Positions 39,510 through 48,587 of a stretch of 64,000 nucleotides of DNA are shown piece after piece (within the stretch, counting starts at the first letter, position 1; each line of letters starts with the position of its first letter). A model generated the notes under the pieces. The model was not told the DNA's origin and did not search any database. It worked only from the letters and a program-made list of their open reading frames with translations. This stretch comes from Minisyncoccia bacterium. Lineage in GTDB: Bacteria > Patescibacteriota > Minisyncoccia > Phycocordibacterales > Phycocordibacteraceae. The stretch spans positions 161-64,160 of the forward strand of contig JBBRPE010000004.1 in the NCBI GenBank assembly GCA_038228545.1, written 5' to 3'. The translations under genes and the position numbers were made by a program.

Positions 39510-39516
39510 TCTACCC

Positions 39517-39954
39517 ATGCAAATCAAAGAACTCGGACATGTCGTGCTGTATGTGACGAACCTTGAACGCTCGGCAGACTTCTATAAGAAAACGCTCGGT
39601 TTCAATGAAATAACGCGTGGGCAGGGTATGGCCATGTTTTCTTCCGGGCGTACGCATCATGAGCTCCTGCTCATTGAGATAGGCGGGCAGACGAAAGAAA
39701 AACGCATGCCTGAACCCGGTCTCTACCATATTGGCTTTAAGATAGGTGATTCTACAGAGGACTTGCGGAAAGCACGAACGGAACTTGATGTGGCGGGCGT
39801 ACAGATTGTCGGTATGGCAGATCATGGTGTGACGCATTCACTCTATATTCTCGACCCGGATGGTAATGAGCTCGAACTCTACGCAGATGTGGACGACCAT
39901 TGGAAAGAAGACCCAATGGCAGTAGTGCGTCCGACACGCCCACTCTCTTTGTAA
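39517..39954 (+). CDS. VOC/glyoxalase I family protein
   Basis: MQIKELGHVVLYVTNLERSADFYKKTLGF...YHIGFKIGD...HSLYILDPDGNELELY is a paired beta-alpha-beta-beta-beta VOC module. Confidence 0.75.
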   Translation: MQIKELGHVVLYVTNLERSADFYKKTLGFNEITRGQGMAMFSSGRTHHELLLIEIGGQTKEKRMPEPGLYHIGFKIGDSTEDLRKARTELDVAGVQIVGMADHGVTHSLYILDPDGNELELYADVDDHWKEDPMAVVRPTRPLSL

Positions 39955-39958
39955 TTCC

Positions 39959-40615
39959 ATGCAACGCTACGCATTCGGTCTGTCATTGGTTTTCGGAGCT
40001 GCTTTTCTAGCTGTCGTTGCATTCATGCAATTCGACCCGGATGATTTCGTCATGGTAGATGCTCTTGCTAAAGTATTTGTCACTCCACTCCAGACATTCG
40101 GCTGGGTGCAGTTTTTCATCGTTATAACGACGCTCGGAAGCACGGTGGGTGTTCTCGCTATTGCAGCGCTGACCATTTTTCTTATTCGTAGAGAATACAA
40201 TGTGGTCCTCCGTCTCGTGATAGCTCTGGCAGGCTCGAGCGCAATGGCACAAGTCGTGAAGTCATTCATCGGACGCATACGTCCAGATGCTCTACCGTGG
40301 ATTGGAAGTCTTCACTCCTTCTCATTTCCGAGCGGACACTCCACAAGCGCCGCGGCGCTGTTTGGCTTCATTGCGGTCATCTGTGCGAGCCGTCTTCCGA
40401 AACCCTATGAGCGCATACTCGCAGTCGGGTTGTGTGGACTTCTCATTCTTGGCATTGGGGCAAGTCGCATTGTGCTGGCTGCCCATTATTTTTCGGACGT
40501 TATAGCGGGCTTTCTACTCGGAGCTTTGTGGGTGGCACTAGCGTTCTCGCTTCCACTTGGGCGCTGGAATGTATTCAAACTACTAACAACCAGTACGGGA
40601 AAGTCGGGCGTGTAG
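39959..40615 (+). CDS. PAP2 (type 2 phosphatidic acid phosphatase) family membrane phosphatase
   Basis: KxxxxxxRP (KSFIGRIRPD), PSGH (SFPSGHSTSAAA) and SRxxxxxHxxxD (SRIVLAAHYFSDV) motifs. Confidence 0.85.
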   Translation: MQRYAFGLSLVFGAAFLAVVAFMQFDPDDFVMVDALAKVFVTPLQTFGWVQFFIVITTLGSTVGVLAIAALTIFLIRREYNVVLRLVIALAGSSAMAQVVKSFIGRIRPDALPWIGSLHSFSFPSGHSTSAAALFGFIAVICASRLPKPYERILAVGLCGLLILGIGASRIVLAAHYFSDVIAGFLLGALWVALAFSLPLGRWNVFKLLTTSTGKSGV

Positions 40616-40629
40616 GGTAGACTACCTAC

Positions 40630-41064
40630 ATGAATCTAAAATCTATCAACTGGGATCATGTGACTCGTTACTCGCAACTCATTGCGATAGTACTTTTTGT
40701 TGGTGTGTTCGTTCTCGGGTTTTATTTGGGTAAAGCGTATGAGTACAAGGCCTTTACGAACGCACTGAATGGGCATACGATGCCCGCCGCTACGCTTCCG
40801 ACCAAGCCGCAGGCTGACGTTACATACACGTGTGATGCCGACAAATATGTGCGTGCGGTCTATCGGCCGAGTGAAGTAAATCTATTTCTGTCTGACGGCC
40901 GTACCCTCTCGGTACCGCAGACTGTTTCCGGTTCTGGTGCTCGCTATGCAAATAAGGACGAGACATTCGTATTCTGGAACAAGGGTACAACGGCATTCAT
41001 TACCGAAGGGAAGGAGGGAGCGATCACTTTTGGCAATTGCGCTCAGAAGCCAATTCCCGAGTAA
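40630..41064 (+). CDS. MliC family protein (membrane-bound lysozyme inhibitor of C-type lysozyme fold)
   Basis: N-terminal anchor, paired Cys (YTCDADKYV ... FGNCAQ) and SGSGARYAN motif typical of MliC. Confidence 0.65.
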   Translation: MNLKSINWDHVTRYSQLIAIVLFVGVFVLGFYLGKAYEYKAFTNALNGHTMPAATLPTKPQADVTYTCDADKYVRAVYRPSEVNLFLSDGRTLSVPQTVSGSGARYANKDETFVFWNKGTTAFITEGKEGAITFGNCAQKPIPE

Positions 41065-41156
41065 CTACCTTTTGTATATAGTTCTCCCTGTCATCTCATA
41101 CGGCGTGCATGGCGACCGAACGATGGCACTAAACCTGTAAATGCTAGAATTCAGGT

Positions 41157-41969
41157 ATGAAGCGCCACCGCATCAACTACTATTCGCACCGGGGTCGGCG
41201 TGCACATCCGTCGTCGGTCATCTTTCACCTTGGCACGCTCATCCTGCCGATAGGACTTGTATTTCTTGCCGGATTCGCTGCATTCGGTTTTGTCATTGCT
41301 CCTGCAGACATCGCGGCGGACGCTACGCGTCTTGCGGGTGCGCTCGGCCTCTCACTCCTCCGTCTCTTTGGCGCGTATGTACTGGCGCTTATCATCGGTA
41401 TACCACTCGGACTTCTCGCAGAATCAAATAAGCATGTGGAGTCCGCACTGCTTCCGGTGTTCGATGTACTTGAATCCATGCCGGTACTCGCGTTCTTTCC
41501 GGTTATTATTCTTTTCTTTCTCCGTTCCGGGTGGCTTGAGGGAGCTGCGCTATTCATTATCTTTTTCTCGATGGTGTGGAATATTGCATTCAGTACTGTC
41601 GGCGGTTTAAAAGTTATTCCGCAAGATGTGAAAGCGATAGGGAAGGTGTTTGGTTTCACTCCGCTGGGTAGACTCTTTAAAATTACCCTTCCTGCACTCT
41701 TTCCACCACTGGTGACTGGCTCAATTCTGTCGCTTGCCGACGGTTGGAATGTGCTTATTGTGGCGGAAGCGCTGCATGCGTACGCTCCAGTAAATTCGGG
41801 TACGGGAGATCTCTTCGGCATTGGCAGCATTCTCGTGAATGCCTCAACGACCGGGAATACTACTGAGCTCCTGACTGCCATGGGACTGCTGGTGGTCGTT
41901 ATTGCTGTAATTAATTTGTTTGTGTGGCAGCCTCTTCTCGCGAAAGCGGAGCAGTTCAAATTCGAATGA
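41157..41969 (+). CDS. ABC transporter permease (SsuC/TauC-type binding-protein-dependent family)
   Basis: Six TM helices and an EAA-like loop. Immediately followed by its ATPase. Confidence 0.75.
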   Translation: MKRHRINYYSHRGRRAHPSSVIFHLGTLILPIGLVFLAGFAAFGFVIAPADIAADATRLAGALGLSLLRLFGAYVLALIIGIPLGLLAESNKHVESALLPVFDVLESMPVLAFFPVIILFFLRSGWLEGAALFIIFFSMVWNIAFSTVGGLKVIPQDVKAIGKVFGFTPLGRLFKITLPALFPPLVTGSILSLADGWNVLIVAEALHAYAPVNSGTGDLFGIGSILVNASTTGNTTELLTAMGLLVVVIAVINLFVWQPLLAKAEQFKFE

Positions 41970-41970
41970 T

Positions 41971-42693
41971 ATGACTCCTGAAAAACCGATTCTTGAATTC
42001 AACAATGTGAAGTTCTCCTACGAACCGAATCTACCGGAAGTAATTCACAATCTCACGTTCTCTCTTCCTGCCGGCTCGATTACGGTTATTGTCGGTGCTT
42101 CCGGCTCGGGTAAATCCACGGTCCTTCGCCTTGCCATCGGACTTGATACTGCCACGTCCGGTACCGTAACACGCACCGCTCGTACCCGAATGATTTTCCA
42201 GTCAGGAGCGCTTCTGCCGTGGGCGACCGCAGTCGAAAATGTCTGTGTCGGTTTTACGGGCGAGCATATTGCTGAACCAGAACAGAAGAAGCGCGCGCTC
42301 GCTGCACTCAAGGAGCTTGGCATCGATCATCTCGCAAACGCATATCCTCGAGCGCTTTCCGGTGGTCAGCGCCAGCGCGTCGGTATTGCACGCGCACTTG
42401 TATCGGAGCCTGAACTCCTGCTTCTTGATGAGCCGTTCTCAGCACTTGATGTACAAACTGCCGATACGCTATCGCAGGAGCTGCTCAATATACATGCAAA
42501 ACGCACTAAGACGATGTTCATGGTTTCGCACAGCATTGAGGATGCTGTCGTACTTGCTGATACTATTCTGGTCTTCCGAGACGGCGTGATAGCTCACACG
42601 GTGGAGGTAGAGCTTCCGCGGCCACGTAAACGCGACGATGTTCACGTGCTCGCTCTGGTAACTAAAATCAAAGCACTTTTACCTGGTGAGTAG
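41971..42693 (+). CDS. ABC transporter ATP-binding protein (SsuB/TauB-like)
   Basis: Walker A GASGSGKST, signature LSGGQRQRVGIARAL, Walker B LLLLDEPFSALD. ATG is 2 nt after the permease stop. Confidence 0.85.
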   Translation: MTPEKPILEFNNVKFSYEPNLPEVIHNLTFSLPAGSITVIVGASGSGKSTVLRLAIGLDTATSGTVTRTARTRMIFQSGALLPWATAVENVCVGFTGEHIAEPEQKKRALAALKELGIDHLANAYPRALSGGQRQRVGIARALVSEPELLLLDEPFSALDVQTADTLSQELLNIHAKRTKTMFMVSHSIEDAVVLADTILVFRDGVIAHTVEVELPRPRKRDDVHVLALVTKIKALLPGE

Positions 42694-42799
42694 GATACAT
42701 TTCGCTATCCACACGCGGTACAGACTCTGATTTTCCCACTTCATACGGGGCTATACTAAGGGGGTACGGTCCTTGGACCCTTAATCATTATGTACATCT

Positions 42800-43249
42800 A
42801 TGGCTAAAAAGCTTGCGATTGTGTTCGGTATCGTCTTTGTTCTCGTCGGCATTCTAGGATTCATTCCGAATCCAGTCGTTGGCGCGGGAGCAATCTTCGA
42901 CACGAACCACATTCATGACCTCGTGCACTTCGTGTTCGGCCTCATCCTTCTTGCGGTTGCCTTCATGGCGCCTCGCATGTCGGCTCTCTGGCTCAAGATT
43001 CTCGGTGTTGTGTACCTCTTGATTGCCGTCCTTGGCTTCCTCTTGGTACCGAATGGCGGTGACCTTCTCGGTCTCGTCACCACCAACATGGCTGACCATC
43101 TTCTCCATGTTGTGCTTGGTATTGTGCTGCTCGTTGCGGGCTTTGTCTGCAAGGATAAGATGCCGATGGCGGCAGCTATGCCTGCAGCAGCTCCGGCTCC
43201 GGCACCTAGCATGCCTCCCTCGACCCCTCCTTCGGGCGGAACGATGTAA
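42800..43249 (+). CDS. DUF4383-like small membrane protein with Ala/Pro-rich C-terminal tail
   Basis: MAKKLAIVFGIVFVLVGILGFIPNPVVGAG... and four TM helices. C-terminal AAMPAAAPAPAPSMPPSTPPSGG. Confidence 0.55.
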   Translation: MAKKLAIVFGIVFVLVGILGFIPNPVVGAGAIFDTNHIHDLVHFVFGLILLAVAFMAPRMSALWLKILGVVYLLIAVLGFLLVPNGGDLLGLVTTNMADHLLHVVLGIVLLVAGFVCKDKMPMAAAMPAAAPAPAPSMPPSTPPSGGTM

Positions 43250-43259
43250 GCGGACACAA

Positions 43260-43307
43260 CAGTGCAAAGCACAACAGCCTCTCTGGAGGCTGTTGTGCTT
43301 TGCACTG
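43260..43307. repeat. Perfect 22-bp-stem hairpin (cagtgcaaagcacaacagcctc tctg gaggctgttgtgctttgcactg), no U-tract
   Basis: Seen directly. Lies 11 nt after the DUF4383 gene stop. Confidence 0.6.
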
Positions 43308-43750
43308 AAACAACAAACCACCAGAGCCGGGTAATGGCGTTGGTGGTTGGGTGGGTAGGGAAAATCATGGACCGATTTGTCGGGCTTGCGGAAGAGGGAA
43401 GGGTGGTTCAGCGGGTCGATGAAGCGCGGCTGTCTGGGCAGCGTAACTTGAAGCGACTTGGGCTGATACTTCGGCTCCTTTCAAGAACGAGACGGTCGTA
43501 GATATTCCTTGTGATAGAACAGTAGGCGCGAGTAATTTGAGAACGATAATCAGTACCCCGATTCCTATGGCGTTTGAAAGTGTCATAGACGAGCGGTTAT
43601 GTGGTAAGTCATTACAAAGGTAATGACGAGACAGCAAATGCGTCTCCAGATGTTCGTTTCAAGGTCCCAGCGCCCTCTACTGTTTCTAACTACGGCGTGT
43701 GTACGTAGGTTGCAGAACGGACCCGGGCTTGTAGCCCGAGCCCGTTTCTC

Positions 43751-43870
43751 CTACATGTGGTGGAATACCCCGTGAAGAAGTGCGTAAACACCTCCCCATA
43801 GCACAGTGCCGACGATTGCAAGGAATACCAGCACGCGTCGTATGGACCACTTCTTCTGGGACTGTTGCAT
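43751..43870 (-). CDS. Candidate 39-aa single-TM small protein (MQQSQKKWSIRRVLVFLAIVGTVLWGGVYALLHGVFHHM)
   Basis: Not in the track (under 60 aa). GGAGGA lies 8 nt upstream of the ATG, the core is hydrophobic, and a GC hairpin sits downstream (gggctcgggctacaagcccgggtcc). Confidence 0.35.
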   Translation of the reverse strand: MQQSQKKWSIRRVLVFLAIVGTVLWGGVYALLHGVFHHM

Positions 43871-43931
43871 GTACGTATCCTCCTACTCGCTGATAGGGAT
43901 ACTACACGTGCAGGAGAATTGAGGCAACGCT

Positions 43932-44480
43932 TTAGTTCGTGGGATGCTCGGCGAGCAAATCAGCAAAGTCCTTCTGCACATGCTGAAGCTTCGGTGCGAT
44001 TATTACCTGGCAGTAGCCCTGACTCTTGTTATTCGCGTAGTAATTCTTGTGGTAGTCCTCGGCTGGGTAGAAGGTAGCGCCTTCCTCTACTGAGGTTACG
44101 ATAGGATCGCCGCCTGTTGCAGAGGCGTCGAGCTCAGCTATGAATGCCTTCGCTTCGGCACTCTGCTCAGGCGTGGTTGGAAAAATAGCAGAGCGGTATT
44201 GGGTACCGACATCGTTTCCTTGGCGGTTCAGTGTCGTTGCATCGTGTGAGCCGAAGAATACCGTCATAAGCTGACGATAGGTTATCTGCGACGGGTCATA
44301 CTCAACGCGAATAACCTCTGCGTGACCGGTAGTTCCGTCGCACACCTGGCTATAGGTTGGATTAATCACCGTGCCACCTGCGTAGCCGGGCGCAACACTC
44401 AAGACACCCTTTAACATGGTAAATACGGCTTCTGTGCACCAGAAGCAGCCACCTCCAAACATCGCGATTTGTGTAGACAT
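43932..44480 (-). CDS. msrA: Peptide methionine-S-sulfoxide reductase MsrA
   Basis: FGGGCFWCTEAVF active-site motif; 182 aa. Confidence 0.9.
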   Translation of the reverse strand: MSTQIAMFGGGCFWCTEAVFTMLKGVLSVAPGYAGGTVINPTYSQVCDGTTGHAEVIRVEYDPSQITYRQLMTVFFGSHDATTLNRQGNDVGTQYRSAIFPTTPEQSAEAKAFIAELDASATGGDPIVTSVEEGATFYPAEDYHKNYYANNKSQGYCQVIIAPKLQHVQKDFADLLAEHPTN

Positions 44481-44535
44481 AGGAAAAATTGATTACTGAT
44501 TTATACTACTCCCATATTGTTAAGTTGTACCCTAC

Positions 44536-45054
44536 ATGAAAACCACTCTCTACTCCGTTACGGTTCCCATTTTCAAGAAGCATCTGAATGCACTTTCGCT
44601 TCTTCTGGATAAGGCAGAAGTATTTACAGCTGGTGACGAAGAGAAGCTTACACACCTCCTCACCGATAGGTTGTATGAGGACATGTTTCCCTTTGGGAAG
44701 CAGGTAGAAATCGCTTGTGATAACGCTAAGGGCTGCACTGCGCGTCTTTCAGGCAAGGAAGCTCCTTCGTTCGCAGACGGCGACTATGCATACGCTACCC
44801 TCAAAGAGCGCGTCAAGAATACTATCGCGTTTCTTGAAACAGTATCCGAAGTGGATTTTGCAAACGCTGAAGACATTGATGTGGTGCTCAAATACTTCCC
44901 GGATATGCCAATGAAAGGTTTCGGCTATGCACTGGAGTACGCGCTCCCAAACTTCTACTTTCACCTCACGACCGCGTACGGAATTCTCCGTAAGAACGGT
45001 GTGCCGATAGGAAAGACCGACTTCATCACGTCGTTACCGGTCGAAAACGACTAA
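44536..45054 (+). CDS. DUF1993 family protein
   Basis: LYSVTVPIFKKHLNALSLLLDKAE...MFPFGKQVEIACDNAKGCTARLSG matches DUF1993 consensus features as remembered. Confidence 0.6.
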   Translation: MKTTLYSVTVPIFKKHLNALSLLLDKAEVFTAGDEEKLTHLLTDRLYEDMFPFGKQVEIACDNAKGCTARLSGKEAPSFADGDYAYATLKERVKNTIAFLETVSEVDFANAEDIDVVLKYFPDMPMKGFGYALEYALPNFYFHLTTAYGILRKNGVPIGKTDFITSLPVEND

Positions 45055-45283
45055 CCGTTTTCCTCGTTTTCAAGATCTCGTGCCCGACGAGCGGTCTCTT
45101 CTGCTTCGCGTTCCTGGTCTGCGGCAACTCGCAATTCCTCTGCTTCTCTGGCGGAGCGGTCTTCGACGTCACGAGCTTCGTTCTCCAAATCTTCTGGTGC
45201 CATAGATGAAAAGTTATTGGTAGCCGCACATGCGGTACTGCTGAGTACACCACAGTAATACTGAAGGAATGATGAGGCTCGGA

Positions 45284-45697
45284 TTACTTTTTTGTTCCAG
45301 ACTCGTCTTCGAACGCTAGACACACAGAGTTAATGCAGTAGCGCTTGCCACCCTTGTCCTCAGGTCCGTCGTCGAATACATGTCCGAGGTGACTGTTGCA
45401 GTGTTTACAGAACACCTCGGTGCGGTGCATGCCGTGCGCACTGTCGTCGCGCGTACCTACGTTCTCAGCTACTGCCGGGTCGGTGAATGACGGCCAACCG
45501 CTCTTCGAATCAAACTTCTGCTCACTGGTAAAGAGAACGTTATTACATACTTTGCATCGATAGACGCCTGGCTCGTGGTTGTCCACGTACTTTCCCTTAA
45601 ATGGCGCCTCGGTGCCGCCATTGCGGAGCACGTCGTACTCTTCAGGTGTTAACATCTTTTGCATCTCTTCTTCAGTTGGCATTGGTTTCTGTTCCAT
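45284..45697 (-). CDS. msrB: Peptide methionine-R-sulfoxide reductase MsrB (SelR), Zn-binding
   Basis: Two CxxC pairs (CKVCNNVLF, CKHCNSHLGHVFDDGP) and catalytic Cys region GWPSF. Start chosen at an internal Met. Confidence 0.85.
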   Translation of the reverse strand: MEQKPMPTEEEMQKMLTPEEYDVLRNGGTEAPFKGKYVDNHEPGVYRCKVCNNVLFTSEQKFDSKSGWPSFTDPAVAENVGTRDDSAHGMHRTEVFCKHCNSHLGHVFDDGPEDKGGKRYCINSVCLAFEDESGTKK

Positions 45698-45759
45698 ATG
45701 TAAAGTATACCATACATCAACAGTACCGTACGAATTTCTCACGTGGTAGGATTTGCAGA

Positions 45760-46233
45760 ATGAAACGACCGACGCTTGTGTCGCTACTTATAGCACTCGC
45801 TCTCCTGGGCCTTGCAGATGCATGGTATCTCGCCGATAGCGCCATGACCGGAGCACAGCTTACCTGCAATATAGCTGGTCTCGATGGCTGTAACATCGTT
45901 GCTCAGAGCCCGTACTCGCATGTATTTGGTATACCGCTTGGCGTGTACGGCGTTGTGTTCTACACGCTTTTCCTTGTGGTCTCCGTCTTCACCTTTTGGA
46001 GGCCGCTTCGCATCGTCGACGTGGCCATCGGTCTCCTTGCTAGCGTCGGGTTTGCTGCGTCAATCTACTTTGTGTACATCCAGGTCTTTCTTATTAAGGC
46101 GTTGTGTATCTACTGTCTTGGATCTGCCGCCATTTCGTTACTGATTTGGCTGTCAGTGGGATGGCTTATATACGGCCTTAAATCACAAATCGAGGCGCCC
46201 GTTCTGACTATGGTTCCTTCATCTTCCTCATAA
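45760..46233 (+). CDS. Vitamin K epoxide reductase (VKOR) family protein
   Basis: Loop Cys pair (LTCNIAGLDGCNIV) and TM CxxC (ALCIYCLGSA) in a 4-5 TM protein. Divergent from msrB. Confidence 0.7.
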   Translation: MKRPTLVSLLIALALLGLADAWYLADSAMTGAQLTCNIAGLDGCNIVAQSPYSHVFGIPLGVYGVVFYTLFLVVSVFTFWRPLRIVDVAIGLLASVGFAASIYFVYIQVFLIKALCIYCLGSAAISLLIWLSVGWLIYGLKSQIEAPVLTMVPSSSS

Positions 46234-46259
46234 GCCCCTGCGTGCTAGTATTGGCCCAT

Positions 46260-47414
46260 ATGAAATGGCACACGGCCTTTATTGGCTTTCTTCTCCTAGC
46301 GCCGTTTGCAGCTTCAGCTTCTACGCTTCAGACAGCCCGTACTATCGTGCTTTCGGACGCGTCTACGACTAATGCGTACCTTGCTGGCACTGATATTACC
46401 GTTGTTGCTCCGCTTGCGGGTGATTTGCTTGCAGCAGGTGGCACGGTCACGTCGAATGCACCGGTGGCAGGAGACGCCATGCTCGCGGGTGGCACCGTCG
46501 ATATCGAGAAGTCTGTTGCAGGCGATGCACGCCTTATCGGTGGACAAGTGACGGTGAACGCTTCGGTCGCAGGTGACCTCATGATAGTGGGCGCTACGGT
46601 CACCGCTTCATCAAGTGCGCGTGATACCCGTATTGCAGGAGCGACCGTAAACCTAACTGGTTCGAATGGTCCGGTTATTATTTATGGCTCAGACGTGACG
46701 CTCTCCGGTGATTTTAAGGGCGACGTCACTGTCGAGGCCTCCAATTCAATTACGATTACGGACGGCACGCATATTCATGGTGCACTTAATTACAATGCAC
46801 CCCAGCAGATAACGCCCGCATCGACTGCCGTCATCGATGGGGGAGCAAGCTATATCGGTACGTCGTCGTTCCTACCGACCAAGAAAGAAGCACATACGTT
46901 TGCAATAGCGGGTGCAACAATTCTCTTTATAGTGCATCTGCTTGCTGTGCTGGTGCTTGCAGGACTGCTTGGCGGGCTGTTCCCTGTCTTCACCGAGCGC
47001 GTTGCGGAGCGCACGCTTGCAGACCGTTCGCCGGGCCGGTTCGTACTGCTCGCACTTCTCGGATTCGGTATTTTGGTCGCAGCTCCCGTGCTCATATTCA
47101 TATTGCTCGTTTCATTTGTCGGTATTGCAGTCGCTTTGGCTCTTGCCGCCCTCTACGCACTCTTCTTTATCCTTGCCTACATCTACGGTGGCGTCCTTGC
47201 GGGAGCTGCACTTGCTCGTACGCTCTTTAAGCGCTACGTCATTACGTGGAAGGAAGCCGTACTTGGCATGCTTGTTTTCTACCTCATAGGAATTATTCCT
47301 GTCGTAGGAGTATTTGTGAAATTTGTACTTATGATGACTGCCGGAGGAGCCATAGCTGCCCTAGCATTCAACTTCGCATTCCGTCGCGAGGAGCCTGAGC
47401 TCCCATTCGAATAA
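46260..47414 (+). CDS. Bactofilin-like beta-helical repeat protein fused to a C-terminal multi-TM domain
   Basis: Signal/anchor, then about 8 tandem ~20-aa repeats (APLAGDLLAAGGTVTSN, APVAGDAMLAGGTVDIE, KSVAGDARLIGGQVTVN, ASVAGDLMIVGATVTAS...) typical of bactofilin/polymer-forming cytoskeletal domains. Then 4 hydrophobic helices. Confidence 0.5.
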   Translation: MKWHTAFIGFLLLAPFAASASTLQTARTIVLSDASTTNAYLAGTDITVVAPLAGDLLAAGGTVTSNAPVAGDAMLAGGTVDIEKSVAGDARLIGGQVTVNASVAGDLMIVGATVTASSSARDTRIAGATVNLTGSNGPVIIYGSDVTLSGDFKGDVTVEASNSITITDGTHIHGALNYNAPQQITPASTAVIDGGASYIGTSSFLPTKKEAHTFAIAGATILFIVHLLAVLVLAGLLGGLFPVFTERVAERTLADRSPGRFVLLALLGFGILVAAPVLIFILLVSFVGIAVALALAALYALFFILAYIYGGVLAGAALARTLFKRYVITWKEAVLGMLVFYLIGIIPVVGVFVKFVLMMTAGGAIAALAFNFAFRREEPELPFE

Positions 47415-47415
47415 T

Positions 47416-47886
47416 ATGGGCCTTCCTAAAGAAGGTGAGAGCGCTCCGGACTTCACTCTTGTCGATCAGGATTGTGCGTCACACACACTTTCGAAGCTGC
47501 ACGGAAAATGGGTGCTCATATATTTTTACCCAAAGGACGCTACTCCGGGTTGCACCGCTCAGGCATGTGCTATTCGTGACGCGGATGAAGACTTTAGCTC
47601 ACTCGGAGCAGTCGTACTTGGTATTTCCGTTGACTCGGTGAAGTCGCATAAGAAATTCGTTGAGAAATACGGTCTTACGTTTCCACTGCTTGCTGACGAA
47701 GATAAGAAAGTCGTGAAGGCATACGGTGTGTGGGGACTCAAGAAATTCATGGGTCGTGAGTATGAAGGTATCAGGCGTACTTCGTTCCTTATTGCGCCAG
47801 ACGGGAACATCGCAAAAGTCTATGAGAATGTAAAGGCAGCAACGCATGCGGACATGGTGCTCGCAGACCTCCGGACTCTCAAGTAA
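47416..47886 (+). CDS. bcp: Peroxiredoxin Bcp (thiol peroxidase, 1-Cys/atypical 2-Cys Prx)
   Basis: FYPKDATPGCTAQAC active site; 156 aa. Confidence 0.9.
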   Translation: MGLPKEGESAPDFTLVDQDCASHTLSKLHGKWVLIYFYPKDATPGCTAQACAIRDADEDFSSLGAVVLGISVDSVKSHKKFVEKYGLTFPLLADEDKKVVKAYGVWGLKKFMGREYEGIRRTSFLIAPDGNIAKVYENVKAATHADMVLADLRTLK

Positions 47887-47889
47887 GTC

Positions 47890-48573
47890 ATGAGTCAGCT
47901 GCCCATGCTCGATTCAAAGTTTGACGAGCGGAAGCTGCGTCTTCAGAAAATTGTTGCCTACCTTAAGAAGGAATATCCGGTACCGAAAACGGAATTATAT
48001 TACAAGGAACCCTTCCAGCTACTTGCGAGCGTGATACTTTCCGCACAGTCTACCGACAAGCGCGTGAACATGGTTGCCCAAAGTCTTTGGGAAAAATACA
48101 ACACAATTGACGATTTGGCGGATGCGAGTGTCGCAACCTTCGCACATGAAATTTCCTCGATAACGTTCTACCAAAACAAGGCGAAGCACATCATAGCGAG
48201 CATGAATATGCTACGCAGTGAATTCGGCGGGGAAGTGCCGAAGACGGTAAGCGAGCTTATACGTTTGCCGGGCGTTGCCTATAAGACCGCAAACGTCGTC
48301 CTCGGCGAGCTGTATGAAATATGGGAAGGCATCCCAACAGATACGCATGTGCGTCGATTCGCTATTCGGTTTGACCTCGTGGATAGTACGGATTTGACCA
48401 AGATTTCAAAGGAGCTCGAAGCTCTGGTACCCAAGAAAGATTGGCGGTATGTAAATAACGGACTCGTTCTCTACGGCCGCTACGTATGTAATGCGATTCC
48501 GCACGACTGTCTCGCGCATCCACTTACTAAAATATGGCCGGAAGCGGCTATGCGCTGGCCAAAGTCCAAATAG
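47890..48573 (+). CDS. HhH-GPD superfamily DNA glycosylase, endonuclease III-like but lacking the full 4Fe-4S Cys cluster
   Basis: LPGVAYKTANVVLGEL (HhH with catalytic Lys) and IPTDTHVRRF (catalytic Asp). The C-terminus has only CNAIPHDC (2 Cys) instead of C-x6-C-x2-C-x5-C. Confidence 0.7.
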   Translation: MSQLPMLDSKFDERKLRLQKIVAYLKKEYPVPKTELYYKEPFQLLASVILSAQSTDKRVNMVAQSLWEKYNTIDDLADASVATFAHEISSITFYQNKAKHIIASMNMLRSEFGGEVPKTVSELIRLPGVAYKTANVVLGELYEIWEGIPTDTHVRRFAIRFDLVDSTDLTKISKELEALVPKKDWRYVNNGLVLYGRYVCNAIPHDCLAHPLTKIWPEAAMRWPKSK

Positions 48574-48587
48574 CATATACTTGAGCC

